64,000 bases of DNA from Gammaproteobacteria bacterium (GCA_965222615.1 CBDCUI010000007.1:1-64000); one strand, 5' to 3'. Shown: positions 42,816 through 53,288, counted from the stretch's first letter. Notes: generated by a model from the sequence alone, not told the origin. Numbers and translations are program-made.

Positions 42816-44522
42816 TTGGTAATAAGCAGTTATGGTGTAGACGTGGCTAAGCAAACAAGAAAATTCTCATCTATGGTTGTCGATGGTATCGAACGAGCAC
42901 CTAGTCGAGCCATGTTGCGTGCGGTTGGCTTTAAAGACGATGACTTCAGCAAACCCCAAATTGGCATCGCATCAACCTGGAGCATGGTCACGCCATGCAA
43001 TATGCATATTGATACACTAGCCGATGAAGCCGCACTAGGTGTAAATCAAGCAGGCGGTAAAGCGGTAGTCTTTAATACCATCACCATTTCCGATGGTATC
43101 TCGATGGGTACCGAAGGTATGAAATACTCATTGGTTTCACGTGAGGTAATTGCCGATTCGATAGAAACCGTTGTCGGCTGCGAAGGTTTTGACGGCATTG
43201 TTGCCATTGGTGGATGCGATAAAAATATGCCTGGCTGTTTGATTGCCCTAGCAAGGCTGAATCGACCCGCGGTGTTTGTATATGGCGGTACCATCCTGCC
43301 GGGAAGCTATAAAAATAAAAAAGTCGATGTCATCTCCGTATTTGAAGCCGTTGGTCAACACGCGCAACAGTTGTTATCAGACGATGATTTAAAACGAGTG
43401 GAATCTACTGCCATACCCGGTCCTGGCTCTTGTGGTGGTATGTATACTGCGAATACGATGGCATCTGCAATTGAAGCACTGGGGATGAGTTTGCCAAATA
43501 GTTCGGCCCAAAATGCAATTTCAAAAGATAAAAAACAAGATTGCCTAGCTGCAGGACAAGCAGTGATAAAACTAATCGAAAAAGATATATGCCCTAAAGA
43601 CATCATGACGAAAAAGGCGTTCCAAAATGCTATTACAGTCGTGACGGCCTTAGGTGGATCTACTAATGCGGTTTTACACTTACTCGCCATGGCACATGCC
43701 ATCGGAATAAAACTTAATATAGATGAATTTACTCGAATAGGAAAAAAAGTACCGGTGCTGGCTGATTTACGCCCAAGTGGCAAATATATGATGTCAGAAC
43801 TGATCGAAATCGGTGGCATACAACCCTTGATGCGTATGTTATTGGATAGAGGTTTATTACATGGCGATTGTCTAACCGTTACTGGTAAATCATTAAAACA
43901 AAATTTGCGTGGGATTAAGCACTATCCGAAAACACAAAATATCGTTCACGATTTCAATGACCCAATTAAAAAAGATGGACACTTAGTTGTGTTATATGGA
44001 AACCTCGCCCCTGAAGGAGCAGTGGCCAAAATCTCTGGCAAAGAAGGTTTGCGTTTTACTGGTAAAGCACGTGTGTTTGCATCGGAAGAAAAAGCTTTAG
44101 AAAAAATTTTGGATGGCGGAATAAAAAAAGGCGATGTCATCGTCATTCGTTATGAAGGACCGAAAGGGGGACCAGGCATGCGCGAAATGTTATCGCCTAC
44201 CTCGGCCATTATGGGTAAAGGTTTAGGTAAAGATGTAGCATTAATCACGGATGGTCGCTTTTCGGGTGGCAGCCATGGATTTGTGGTAGGACATATCACC
44301 CCTGAGGCGGCAATTGGAGGACCCTTAGGTTTAATAAAAAATGGTGATCAAATAACCATCGATGCCGAAAAACGTGAGATTAACGTTAAGCTCACTAAAC
44401 AAGAACTCAAGCAACGCAAAAAGAAGTGGCGTCCACCAAAACCACGTTATAAGCATGGTGTTTTGGCAAAGTATGCACAACAAGTATCCTCAGCTTCTTT
44501 GGGCGCAGTAACTGACTTATAA
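42816..44522 (+). CDS. ilvD: Dihydroxy-acid dehydratase; start likely GTG 42843
   Basis: TPCNMH, SDGISMG, GGCDKNMPG, CGGMYTANTM, GGSTN, GPGMREM, TDGRFSG. Confidence 0.97.
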   Translation: MVISSYGVDVAKQTRKFSSMVVDGIERAPSRAMLRAVGFKDDDFSKPQIGIASTWSMVTPCNMHIDTLADEAALGVNQAGGKAVVFNTITISDGISMGTEGMKYSLVSREVIADSIETVVGCEGFDGIVAIGGCDKNMPGCLIALARLNRPAVFVYGGTILPGSYKNKKVDVISVFEAVGQHAQQLLSDDDLKRVESTAIPGPGSCGGMYTANTMASAIEALGMSLPNSSAQNAISKDKKQDCLAAGQAVIKLIEKDICPKDIMTKKAFQNAITVVTALGGSTNAVLHLLAMAHAIGIKLNIDEFTRIGKKVPVLADLRPSGKYMMSELIEIGGIQPLMRMLLDRGLLHGDCLTVTGKSLKQNLRGIKHYPKTQNIVHDFNDPIKKDGHLVVLYGNLAPEGAVAKISGKEGLRFTGKARVFASEEKALEKILDGGIKKGDVIVIRYEGPKGGPGMREMLSPTSAIMGKGLGKDVALITDGRFSGGSHGFVVGHITPEAAIGGPLGLIKNGDQITIDAEKREINVKLTKQELKQRKKKWRPPKPRYKHGVLAKYAQQVSSASLGAVTDL

Positions 44523-44644
44523 ATAAACTATTAAAAGCATAAATTGTCGGCCTATCCTAAATAGTTTAGGATGGCCTCGCTTGATAATTACTACTTAAGT
44601 ATTACCACTAAAAACAACGAAAAATTTCCCTGAAGGAGTTGTCG

Positions 44645-45283
44645 ATGGCGACATTACTATCCCCTGAAGAACTAGAAGCCATAATGGAACGTAAAAACAA
44701 GATGCGTCGTGAGGCCTATGACCGTCGTAATGCACAAGAAGATAAAGATGAGCTCAGTGCACGTGCTTGCGAGAAGTTTATGGCACTACCTGAATATCAA
44801 AATGCCAACGTAGCAATGTGGTATATCGATTGCAGATCCGAAACACGTACTAAACCCCACCTATTAGAAGAAGTCGCTAAAGGCGAGAAAAAAATTATCG
44901 TTCCTTATTGCACCGAAGACGAAAATGGTGAAAACAAGCTAGGTCTTTGGTGGATGGAAAGCTTAGAGGAAATGGTAGTAGGTAAATGGAATATTCTGGA
45001 GCCGCCAAAAGAACTGTGGGGCAACCCTGAAAAAGAGGTCGAGGCCGAAGAGCTCGACATCATCATGGTTCCTGGTGTCGGCTTTGATCGAAAAGGCGGA
45101 CGTATGGGCAACGGACAGGGTTACTATGATCGTTTACTTGAAAAGGCACGACCGGATTGTCCTTTAATAGCATTATGCTATGAATCACAGTTGTTTGATG
45201 AGATTCTAGTCGCACCACATGATGTCTACATGGATAAAGTTATCACTGAAGATGCAGTCTATGATGGCATAGGCCGAGGATAA
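44645..45283 (+). CDS. 5-formyltetrahydrofolate cyclo-ligase family protein
   Basis: N-terminal K..MR, SE, ILEP, VPGVGFDRKGGRMGNGQGYYDRLL, HDVYMD. Confidence 0.92.
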   Translation: MATLLSPEELEAIMERKNKMRREAYDRRNAQEDKDELSARACEKFMALPEYQNANVAMWYIDCRSETRTKPHLLEEVAKGEKKIIVPYCTEDENGENKLGLWWMESLEEMVVGKWNILEPPKELWGNPEKEVEAEELDIIMVPGVGFDRKGGRMGNGQGYYDRLLEKARPDCPLIALCYESQLFDEILVAPHDVYMDKVITEDAVYDGIGRG

Positions 45284-45289
45284 TCGCTT

Positions 45290-46213
45290 ATGGCTGCAAA
45301 AATTGATGACACTTATGCAGAGGCGTTTAAAAGTTTATATACAGAATTTTTAATCACTGCACGCGATCGCAAATGGCTAGACCATGCTGTGAACGCAGCA
45401 ACTGGGAATGCCTCAAGTTCAATTTTATGTGACTGCGAAGCAGGCATGGATCGTTATGTAGGCCCTGGTGGAGATGAGAGTTTTACAACACCAGATGGTC
45501 GCCCTGGTGCAATTGTGCAGTTACATGTTCCTCGTTTTCGTAAAGATCGCGTAGAAGCCCTAGAACGTTCGGCATTAGTTCGTATTAGTCAAAATGTATT
45601 AACCTGCCCAACTGCTTCTTGCTTTAATTTGATCGATTCAGAAGAGTATTATCACATGGGCCGTAAAGTAGCTTACTTTGGCAACGGCTATCAAAAACGC
45701 ATTGAACGCTTTGGTCGCAAGATGTGGTGGATTCCGATTCTTGGTGGTGAATTTATTTTAGATCGTCGCTTGGGTTACGCAGACGGCCTCATGGGTGGCA
45801 ATTTATGGTTCTTTGGTGACAGTGTCGATTCCGCATTATTGGCTGCAGAAAAAGGGGTGGAAGCGATACTACCAATGCCGGGGGTCATAACCACCTTTCC
45901 AGGTGGCATTGCGGGCAGTGGTTCCAAGGCCGGCAGTAATTACGACTTCACGATTGCCAGCACTTACGAAAAATTTTGTCCTTTACTGCAAGATGATCCA
46001 ACGGTAGAAGCAGGACTGCCTGAAGGTGTTAACTGTGTAATGGAGATCATTATGAATGGTCAAGGTATGCAACCTATTGTCGATGCCACCCAAGCAGCAA
46101 TCAAAGCTTCTGTAGACACTCCGGGCTTAATTATGATCTCTGCGGGTAATTATGGTGGGCGTTTGGGGAAATCCTTTATCTACCTAGATCCCTCCAAACA
46201 ACCTACAGCTTAA
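45290..46213 (+). CDS. fhcD: Formylmethanofuran-tetrahydromethanopterin N-formyltransferase (Ftr/FhcD), stand-alone
   Basis: IDDTYAEAF, CDCEAG, TPDGRPG, QNVLTCPT, GGN, FPGG...GSK, ISAGNYGGRLG. Confidence 0.92.
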   Translation: MAAKIDDTYAEAFKSLYTEFLITARDRKWLDHAVNAATGNASSSILCDCEAGMDRYVGPGGDESFTTPDGRPGAIVQLHVPRFRKDRVEALERSALVRISQNVLTCPTASCFNLIDSEEYYHMGRKVAYFGNGYQKRIERFGRKMWWIPILGGEFILDRRLGYADGLMGGNLWFFGDSVDSALLAAEKGVEAILPMPGVITTFPGGIAGSGSKAGSNYDFTIASTYEKFCPLLQDDPTVEAGLPEGVNCVMEIIMNGQGMQPIVDATQAAIKASVDTPGLIMISAGNYGGRLGKSFIYLDPSKQPTA

Positions 46214-46362
46214 GAAGCTCTGAGTTTATTCTTCTACTTCGTTAAAAAAGTATTTCGAAATGCTCATGTACTTAGTATGTACACTGCGCTTTCGAAATAT
46301 TTTTTGCCTCGTATAAGACGCTCATGTTATTGAGTAACATGAGCTAATAAATCAGAACTCCC
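46211..46362. repeat. Palindromic MITE/RPE-like element, copy 2
   Basis: Ends gaagctctgagtttatt / aataaatcagaactcc; core ctcatgtac...tgtacactgcgc; collinear with the 48771 element in reverse orientation. Confidence 0.78.
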
Positions 46363-46373
46363 TTTAATTTGTT

Positions 46374-47252
46374 ATGACTTCGGAATTTGAAAAAACATCT
46401 GGTGGGGCCATCTTGATGGATGGAAAAGCTGTCGCTGAAGTACTGCAAACTAGAGTAGCCAACAAATTAGCACAGTCTCCCAACTCCAAAGTAACTCTTG
46501 CAACAGTATTAATTGGTAACGACCCTGCTAGTAATCTTTATGTAGAAATGAAGCAACGTCGTGCAACTGCGGTCGGTATACAGTCTAAGCATATACAACT
46601 ATCTAGCGATGTATCCATGCCTCAAGCATCTGAAGAAGTCTTAACACTGGTTGAAAATCCCCATGTACATGGAATTCTGATTCAGTTACCACTTCCTCCT
46701 CAACTCGATACTCACAAGATTATTGATTTGCTCCCAGCTGAAAAAGATGTGGATGGCTTAAGTAACAACAATCTTGGCAAGTTATTACGTGGAGAACCTG
46801 GACTAGTACCCTGTACACCCTTAGGGGTAATGTGTTTATTGGAGCACTATAATATTCCTACTGCTGGCCAACGAGCGGTGGTAATTGGCCGCTCCACATT
46901 AGTAGGACTACCACAAGTATTATTATTGGCACGCAAAGGAATCGATGCGACCGTTACGCTAGCGCATTCACGCAGTGGTGATTTAGTGGAAATTACAAAA
47001 TCAGCAGACATCATTATTGCTGCAGCTGGCATGGCTCGTTTAGTTACCAAGAAACATGTCAAGCCTGGCGCCACCGTAATTGATGTTGGGGTAACACGTA
47101 CCGATGACGGTATTCAAGGTGATGTAGATTTTGATCAAGTACAATCCACTGCAGGCGCCATCACTCCCATGCCGGGCGGTACAGGACCGATGACCGTAGC
47201 ATGTTTATTGGAAAACACATTGCATGCAGCCAAGTTGCAAAATGCGCTCTAA
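46374..47252 (+). CDS. folD: Bifunctional methylene-THF dehydrogenase/methenyl-THF cyclohydrolase
   Basis: MDGK, YVEMK, GILIQLPLP, KDVDG, PCTP, VIGRS, IDVG, TPMPGGTGPMT. Confidence 0.95.
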   Translation: MTSEFEKTSGGAILMDGKAVAEVLQTRVANKLAQSPNSKVTLATVLIGNDPASNLYVEMKQRRATAVGIQSKHIQLSSDVSMPQASEEVLTLVENPHVHGILIQLPLPPQLDTHKIIDLLPAEKDVDGLSNNNLGKLLRGEPGLVPCTPLGVMCLLEHYNIPTAGQRAVVIGRSTLVGLPQVLLLARKGIDATVTLAHSRSGDLVEITKSADIIIAAAGMARLVTKKHVKPGATVIDVGVTRTDDGIQGDVDFDQVQSTAGAITPMPGGTGPMTVACLLENTLHAAKLQNAL

Positions 47253-47483
47253 GATAAGTGCATTAACCCGGTTAAGTGCGATTTATTACCCTATAATATC
47301 CATCACGTAATATGCAAATTGCTTGAGCCGACTATAGGGCTTATGGCAAGATGCTGAACTTTTCGCGCAACTGTGTTGCTTGCGAATGTGGCAGCTCCGG
47401 CCGCTGATATAAAAACTGTGATAATAATCGGGGCTCATTCACTTTTTTAATTTTTAATAAAATTCAATAAAAGGGTTCACGTT

Positions 47484-48752
47484 ATGCCTGGAGAAAAATT
47501 ATCATTCCCTGGAAGAAATTATTTATTCGCGCCTGGTCCTACTCATATTCCTCAGGCAGTTCAAAACGCTATGATCTGCCCACAAGAAGATCACCGTGCT
47601 CCTGATTTTCCACAACTCGTTAAACCCTTACTCAAAGACGTTAAAAAAATATTTAAAACCACAAAAGGAACATGTTTTTTGTTCCCCGCAACGGGAACCG
47701 CTGGTTGGGAGGTTGCCTTAGCAAATACCATGTCTCCTGGCGACAAAATTCTGACTACACGTTTTGGACAATTTAGTCATTTATGGTACGACCTGTCTTG
47801 CCGCATCGGTTTAGATGTACAACTTGTGGAGACACCATGGGGCGAAGGTGTACCCATCGACAAATTTAAAAAGATTTTACAAGCCGACAAAAAACATCAA
47901 ATTAAAGCAGTAGTCGTTTGTCATAATGAAACGGCCACGGGTGTAACTAGCGATATCGCTGCATTAGGTAAAATGCTGAAACAAATTAAGCACCCTGCAC
48001 TACTCATGGTTGATGGCGTAAGCTCTATCGCTAGTATCGATTTTCGTATGGATCAGTGGGGAGTCGATGTGGCAGTGAGTGGTTCTCAAAAAGGATTCAT
48101 GCTTCCTGCGGGCATGGCCATACTTGCATTTAGCCCTCGCGCAATGAATGCTCGCAAAAAAGCGAAATGCGCGCGTTGTTTTCTCGATATTCAAGATCAT
48201 ATTAATGCCAATAAAGATGGCTACTTTCCTTACACACCTTCTGTACCCATGTTACGTGGACTGCGTGCAGCACTTGATTTGCTGATGGACGAAGGTCTGG
48301 AGAATGTATTTAAACGGCACCATCGCTTGGCCGAAGGTGTGCGTAAAGCAGTCAAGGCATGGGGTATGAAACCTTGTGCCAGAGCGCCTAAATGGTATTC
48401 CGATACGGTTACCGCAATTATGGTTCCATCTAGTGTCAATGCTGCGGAAGTTATCCATATTGCTTACCATCGCTACAATATTTCACTCGGCGCAGGTTTA
48501 TCCAAAGTTGCTGGCAAAGTGTTTCGCATTGGTCACTTAGGTGATAATAACGAAGCACGCATGATGGCAGTATTGGGCTCGGTTGAAATGGCGATGAACG
48601 ATGCCGGCATGAAAATTAAACCTGGTAGTGGAGTAGCAGCGGCAGAAGAATATTATCGTAAGACTGCCAAAAAGATTAAAAAGTTTGGAGCTACTCAAGC
48701 ACCGCGTGAAGCACGTACCGCTACTAAAAAGAAAAGAGCAAAAAGAAAATAA
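47484..48752 (+). CDS. sgaA: Serine-glyoxylate aminotransferase
   Basis: GRNYLFAPGPT, HNETATGV, VDGVSS, GSQKGFMLPAG, FRIGHLG; context of serine-cycle genes. Confidence 0.9.
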   Translation: MPGEKLSFPGRNYLFAPGPTHIPQAVQNAMICPQEDHRAPDFPQLVKPLLKDVKKIFKTTKGTCFLFPATGTAGWEVALANTMSPGDKILTTRFGQFSHLWYDLSCRIGLDVQLVETPWGEGVPIDKFKKILQADKKHQIKAVVVCHNETATGVTSDIAALGKMLKQIKHPALLMVDGVSSIASIDFRMDQWGVDVAVSGSQKGFMLPAGMAILAFSPRAMNARKKAKCARCFLDIQDHINANKDGYFPYTPSVPMLRGLRAALDLLMDEGLENVFKRHHRLAEGVRKAVKAWGMKPCARAPKWYSDTVTAIMVPSSVNAAEVIHIAYHRYNISLGAGLSKVAGKVFRIGHLGDNNEARMMAVLGSVEMAMNDAGMKIKPGSGVAAAEEYYRKTAKKIKKFGATQAPREARTATKKKRAKRK

Positions 48753-48770
48753 ATTGAATAACTAAAACAC

Positions 48771-48990
48771 GGGAGGCTATGATTTATTAGCCATGTAAAC
48801 ATGGCGACTTAGACGAGGCAAAAAATGTTGAGACAAATCTGCTGGGAGCAGATTTGGGAAGCTCTGCTAGCCGCAGGCCGAGTACCAGGAAGGTACGAGT
48901 CAAAGCGGAGTTTACACGCTAGTTTGCGGCTTTGCCGCCCCGCATTTTGAAACATTTTTTAACGAAGTATAAGAATAAATCAGAGCTTCC
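48771..48990. repeat. Palindromic MITE/RPE-like element, copy 3 (with inserted hairpin modules)
   Basis: ggaggctatgatttattagc...acgaggcaaaaaat...gcggagtttaca...ttttttaacgaagt...aataaatcagagcttcc. Confidence 0.78.
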
Positions 48991-49023
48991 ATATAACATT
49001 CACTAAAATTTAGGTAGAAGCTT

Positions 49024-49965
49024 ATGAGTTTTACTCAATACAAACCCGCACAACTCCGCGTACAACGTTGCGAATTGGCTGTTCCCGGATCGAATCCTAA
49101 AATGATGGAAAAAGCAGTCACATGTGCTGCGGATTATGTTTTTCTAGATTTGGAAGACGCCGTCGCACCGGACGATAAAGTCCAAGCACGAAAAAATGTA
49201 ATTGCTGCGCTAAAAGAACATGACTGGAAAGGTAACGGCAAAACTGTATCCGTGCGTATCAATGGATTAGATACCCATTATATGTACCGCGATGTGGTAG
49301 ACGTGGTCGAACAAGCCGGCGATAAACTAGATACCATCTTGATTCCAAAAGTAGGTACAACCGGGGATGTGTATATGGTAGATGCCATGGTGACCCAGAT
49401 TGAAGAAGCCATGGGACTCAACAATAAAATTGGCTTGGAGGCGTTGATTGAAACGGCATTAGGCATGGCTAATGTGGAAGCCATTGCCACTTCAAGTCCA
49501 CGTATGGAGGCCATGCATTTTGGTGTGGCGGATTATGCTGCAAGTAATCGTGCCCGTACGGTGAATATCGGTGGTCTAAATCCCGATTACCCAGGCGATC
49601 AATGGCATGCGGCGATTTCGCGCATGACTGTGGCTTGCCGTGCCTATGGATTACGCCCTATTGATGGCCCGTTTGGCGATTTCAATGACCCTGATGGTTA
49701 TTTACTAGCCGCTCGACGTGCTGCCGCCCTTGGCTGTGAAGGTAAATGGGCCATTCACCCAAAACAAATCGAACTGGCTAACGAGGTATTCTCACCTCCT
49801 GAAGCAGAAGTAACCAAGGCAAAAAGAATCCTTGAGGAGCTAGAAAAGGCAGCCAAAGAAGGTAAAGGTGCTGCCTCTTTAGATGGAAAAATGATCGATG
49901 CGGCTTCGGCCCGAATGGCTGAAAATGTGGTTCGAGCTGCCGATGCGATTGCCGCAAAATCTTAA
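49024..49965 (+). CDS. mcl: Malyl-CoA lyase (HpcH/HpaI-CitE family)
   Basis: ELAVPGS, FLDLEDAV, VRINGLDTHYMYRD, IETALG, HFGVADYAAS, DGPFGD, GKWAIHP. Confidence 0.92.
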   Translation: MSFTQYKPAQLRVQRCELAVPGSNPKMMEKAVTCAADYVFLDLEDAVAPDDKVQARKNVIAALKEHDWKGNGKTVSVRINGLDTHYMYRDVVDVVEQAGDKLDTILIPKVGTTGDVYMVDAMVTQIEEAMGLNNKIGLEALIETALGMANVEAIATSSPRMEAMHFGVADYAASNRARTVNIGGLNPDYPGDQWHAAISRMTVACRAYGLRPIDGPFGDFNDPDGYLLAARRAAALGCEGKWAIHPKQIELANEVFSPPEAEVTKAKRILEELEKAAKEGKGAASLDGKMIDAASARMAENVVRAADAIAAKS

Positions 49966-50147
49966 GTTATAGCGCTAATGCTGAGCTAGAACAGATAACG
50001 CAGTTAATATTGCTTATTTTTTAAGCAATTATCCAACAAGAGGGTTTGTCGAGAGGCGACCGAATAGGCTATAAAAGGCCCTCGGTCCGACACATAAACT
50101 TCGACCGACGCTGATAAGAATAAATCATTTTCTCGGGAGGGAATTAA

Positions 50148-51323
50148 GTGGATATCCATGAGTATCAAGCGAAAGAGCTATTGTCTGAATTTGGAGTGGG
50201 CATTGCGCCAGGGGGGCTAGCTTACAGCCCTGAACAAGCCGTTTACCGTGCTAAAGAAATTGGTGGCAATAAATGGGCAGTGAAGGCCCAAATTCATTCT
50301 GGTGCACGCGGCAAAGCCGGCGGTATTAAACTTTGCACCAATGATGAAGAAATTTGGCAAGCTGCAGATGAACTACTGGGCAAACGTCTGGTCACTCATC
50401 AGACCGGCCCTACAGGAAAAGTGGTTTATCGTCTATACGTTGAACAAGCAACCGATATAGAGAATGAAATTTATTTAGCACTTGTCCTTGACCGTAATAA
50501 ACAACGGGTTGTGATTGTTACATCTTCTGAAGGTGGCATGGATATTGAAGAAGTTGCCGCAACCAAGCCTGATTCCATTCACCGGCTAGAAGTTGAGCCA
50601 GCAGTGGGCTTACGCGATTTTCAAGCACGCGAACTCGCTTTCGCGCTTGGTATTAAACCTGAATTAATTAGCCAAGCCGTGCATTGTATTAAAGGTGCGT
50701 ATCGCGCATTTCGTGATTTAGACGCCACCATGGTTGAGATTAATCCTTTAGTCATTACTAAAGACAATCATGTCTTAGCTTTAGATGCAAAAATGGGTTT
50801 TGATGATAATGCCTTATTCCGTCGCCCTAATATCTCTGAATTACGTGATAAATCTCAAGAAGATCCGCGCGAAACGGCTGCATCCGATCGTGGCTTAAGT
50901 TACGTGGGCTTGGATGGCGACATCGGCTGCATGATTAATGGTGCCGGCTTGGCGATGGCTACCATGGATATGATCAAACACAAAGGTGGTGAGCCCGCAA
51001 ACTTTTTAGATATTGGTGGTGGTGCATCTCCAGATCGAGTTACCAAGGCATTTAAATTAGTGCTCGATGATGAAAACGTTAAAGCCATGCTAGTAAATAT
51101 CTTCGCAGGTATTAATCGTTGTGATTGGATTGCTGAAGGCGTAATACAAGCCTTCGGTAAACTAGATGTGAAGGTTCCGGTGGTAGTGCGCCTTTCTGGA
51201 ACCAATGTCGAAAAAGGCATGCAAATGCTAAAAGACAGTGGTTACCCCATTATTACGGCTGATACGTTAGCAGAAGCGGCAGAAAAAGTAGTCGGTGAAC
51301 GTAACCGCGTTGTCGGCTCATAA
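50148..51323 (+). CDS. mtkA: Malate-CoA ligase beta subunit
   Basis: [53 protein letters not shown]; follows mcl. Confidence 0.9.
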   Translation: MDIHEYQAKELLSEFGVGIAPGGLAYSPEQAVYRAKEIGGNKWAVKAQIHSGARGKAGGIKLCTNDEEIWQAADELLGKRLVTHQTGPTGKVVYRLYVEQATDIENEIYLALVLDRNKQRVVIVTSSEGGMDIEEVAATKPDSIHRLEVEPAVGLRDFQARELAFALGIKPELISQAVHCIKGAYRAFRDLDATMVEINPLVITKDNHVLALDAKMGFDDNALFRRPNISELRDKSQEDPRETAASDRGLSYVGLDGDIGCMINGAGLAMATMDMIKHKGGEPANFLDIGGGASPDRVTKAFKLVLDDENVKAMLVNIFAGINRCDWIAEGVIQAFGKLDVKVPVVVRLSGTNVEKGMQMLKDSGYPIITADTLAEAAEKVVGERNRVVGS

Positions 51324-51396
51324 AGTTTAGAAGAACTGTCGCAGATAAAGTAAAAGTAAGAAAATTGCGCGCGTAAATTTCTAGGAGAATTCACAC

Positions 51397-52287
51397 ATGA
51401 CAATAATGATTGATGAAAATACTAAAGTTTTAGTACAAGGTTTTACAGGGAAAATCGGAACCTTCCATGCCGAAGAAATGCTTGAGTATGGTACTAAAGT
51501 TGTTGGTGGGGTAACGCCAGGCAAGGGTGGACAAACGCATATGGATTTACCTGTATTCAATACTATGAAAGAGGCCGTTGCGGAAACCGGAGCGGATGCC
51601 AGTATTGTATTTGTACCTGCGGCATTTGCTGCAGATGGTGTTATGGAAGCTGCGGATGCGGGAATTAAGACCTGTGTATGCATCACTGATGGTATCCCTG
51701 CACAAGACATGATGCGTGTGAAACGTTATATGTTCCGTTATAAAAGAGAAGATCGTATGCGCCTTACCGGACCCAACTGCGCCGGATCAATTAGTCCAGG
51801 AAAATGTTTACTCGGAATCATGCCCGGTCATATTTATATGCAAGGAAATGTGGGTGTCGTTGCCCGCTCCGGGACACTCGGTTATGAAGGGGCTTCGCAG
51901 ATGAAAGCCGCAGGAATTGGTATCACTACCAGCATTGGTATTGGTGGCGACCCGATTAATGGCTCGTCACATCGCGACATACTGGAGTTATTTGAAGCCG
52001 ATCCTGAAACTAAAGCCGTTTTAATGATTGGTGAAATCGGCGGCCCTCAAGAAGCGGAAGCTGCTGAATACTTTAAGCATCACATGAGCAAACCGTTAGT
52101 TGCTTACATTGCTGGCCTCACAGCACCGAAAGGTCGCCGTATGGGGCATGCGGGTGCAATTGTTTCTGGTAAAGGTGAAAGTGCAGCAGAAAAAGTGGAA
52201 ATGTTAAAAGAGGCCGGCGTGACCGTTGCCCCTAATCCATCTGAATTAGGCTCAACCATGGAACGAGTAATGAAAGAAGTTGCTTAG
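51397..52287 (+). CDS. mtkB: Malate-CoA ligase alpha subunit
   Basis: VQGFTG, GVTPGKGG, GPNC, RSGTL, IGEIGG, RRMGHAGAI. Confidence 0.88.
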   Translation: MTIMIDENTKVLVQGFTGKIGTFHAEEMLEYGTKVVGGVTPGKGGQTHMDLPVFNTMKEAVAETGADASIVFVPAAFAADGVMEAADAGIKTCVCITDGIPAQDMMRVKRYMFRYKREDRMRLTGPNCAGSISPGKCLLGIMPGHIYMQGNVGVVARSGTLGYEGASQMKAAGIGITTSIGIGGDPINGSSHRDILELFEADPETKAVLMIGEIGGPQEAEAAEYFKHHMSKPLVAYIAGLTAPKGRRMGHAGAIVSGKGESAAEKVEMLKEAGVTVAPNPSELGSTMERVMKEVA

Positions 52288-52316
52288 GCGATAATTAGAT
52301 CTAGGAGATAACAAAA

Positions 52317-53288
52317 ATGAGCAAGCTAAAAGTCATCGTCTCACGAGCCTGGCCTAAGGAGGTTGAAGCAACATTAAAAGAAAAGTATGACGTGCAACTT
52401 AATGAAAATGACGTTGCTATGACTAAAGATGAAATGAAAAATGCTTTAGGAAATTGTGATGCTTTTCTACCGACTGTAACTGATCCAGTGGATGCAGAAG
52501 TATTAAGTGCGGAACCCTTACGTGCAAAATTTATCGGTAATTTTGGAGTTGGTTTTAACCACATCGATTTAGATGCTGCGAAAGCACGAGGTCTTACTGT
52601 TACCAACACACCAGAAGTACTAACTGACTGCACTGCAGATATTGCAATGACCTTATTGCTAACTGCTGCACGCCGTACTAGCGAAGGTGAACGTCATTTA
52701 CGTTCAAATTCATGGACGGGTTGGCGACCTACCCATATGTTAGCAACTAAAGTCACCGGTAAGACATTAGGACTTATTGGAATGGGGCGTATTGCTCAGG
52801 CCATGGCGCAACGCGCGCATTTTGGATTTGGAATGAAAATAATTTTTTCGGATCCATACCCTCCTCCCGCCGAAGTAATTAAAAAGTTTAATGCGCAACA
52901 ATGTGATTCCATTGATGAAGTACTGGCTAACTCAGATTTTGTTTCCATTCATTGCCCTGGCGGCAAGGACACCTACCACTTATTAAGTGAAGAAAATCTT
53001 GCCAAAATGAAATCTACTGCTTTTTTAATAAATTCAGCTCGCGGCGATGTCGTTGACAACGAGGCCTTAATTGACGCACTTAAGAACGGGGTAATCGCCG
53101 GTGCAGGTTTAGATGTATTTGAAGGTGAGCCAAACTTGGATGAACGCTTTATTGAGCTTGAAAATGCTGTGTTACTGCCGCATCTTGGAAGTGCCTCAAC
53201 TGAAACTCGTGTGGCCATGGGAAATCGAGTGTTGGAGAACCTAGCAGCATTTGAAGCAGGCGAAACCCCAAGAGACAAACTCGTTTAA
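52317..53288 (+). CDS. hprA: D-glycerate dehydrogenase / hydroxypyruvate reductase
   Basis: GVGFNHID, TNTP, GLIGMGRI, INSARG, GLDVFE, LPHLGSA; role inferred from cluster. Confidence 0.8.
   Translation: MSKLKVIVSRAWPKEVEATLKEKYDVQLNENDVAMTKDEMKNALGNCDAFLPTVTDPVDAEVLSAEPLRAKFIGNFGVGFNHIDLDAAKARGLTVTNTPEVLTDCTADIAMTLLLTAARRTSEGERHLRSNSWTGWRPTHMLATKVTGKTLGLIGMGRIAQAMAQRAHFGFGMKIIFSDPYPPPAEVIKKFNAQQCDSIDEVLANSDFVSIHCPGGKDTYHLLSEENLAKMKSTAFLINSARGDVVDNEALIDALKNGVIAGAGLDVFEGEPNLDERFIELENAVLLPHLGSASTETRVAMGNRVLENLAAFEAGETPRDKLV

Noticed and set aside
43046-44146. Antisense ORFs within ilvD, and similar ones in mtkAB, hpr, ppc, argE and argA
   Set aside because: Typical antisense shadows of conserved genes
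47253-47483. Glycine, THF or ZTP riboswitch upstream of sga
   Set aside because: Only short hairpins are present; no consensus motifs recognised
50148-52287. Calling these genes TCA-cycle sucCD
   Set aside because: AYSPEQA and [10 protein letters not shown] motifs and the position between mcl and hpr/ppc favour malate thiokinase
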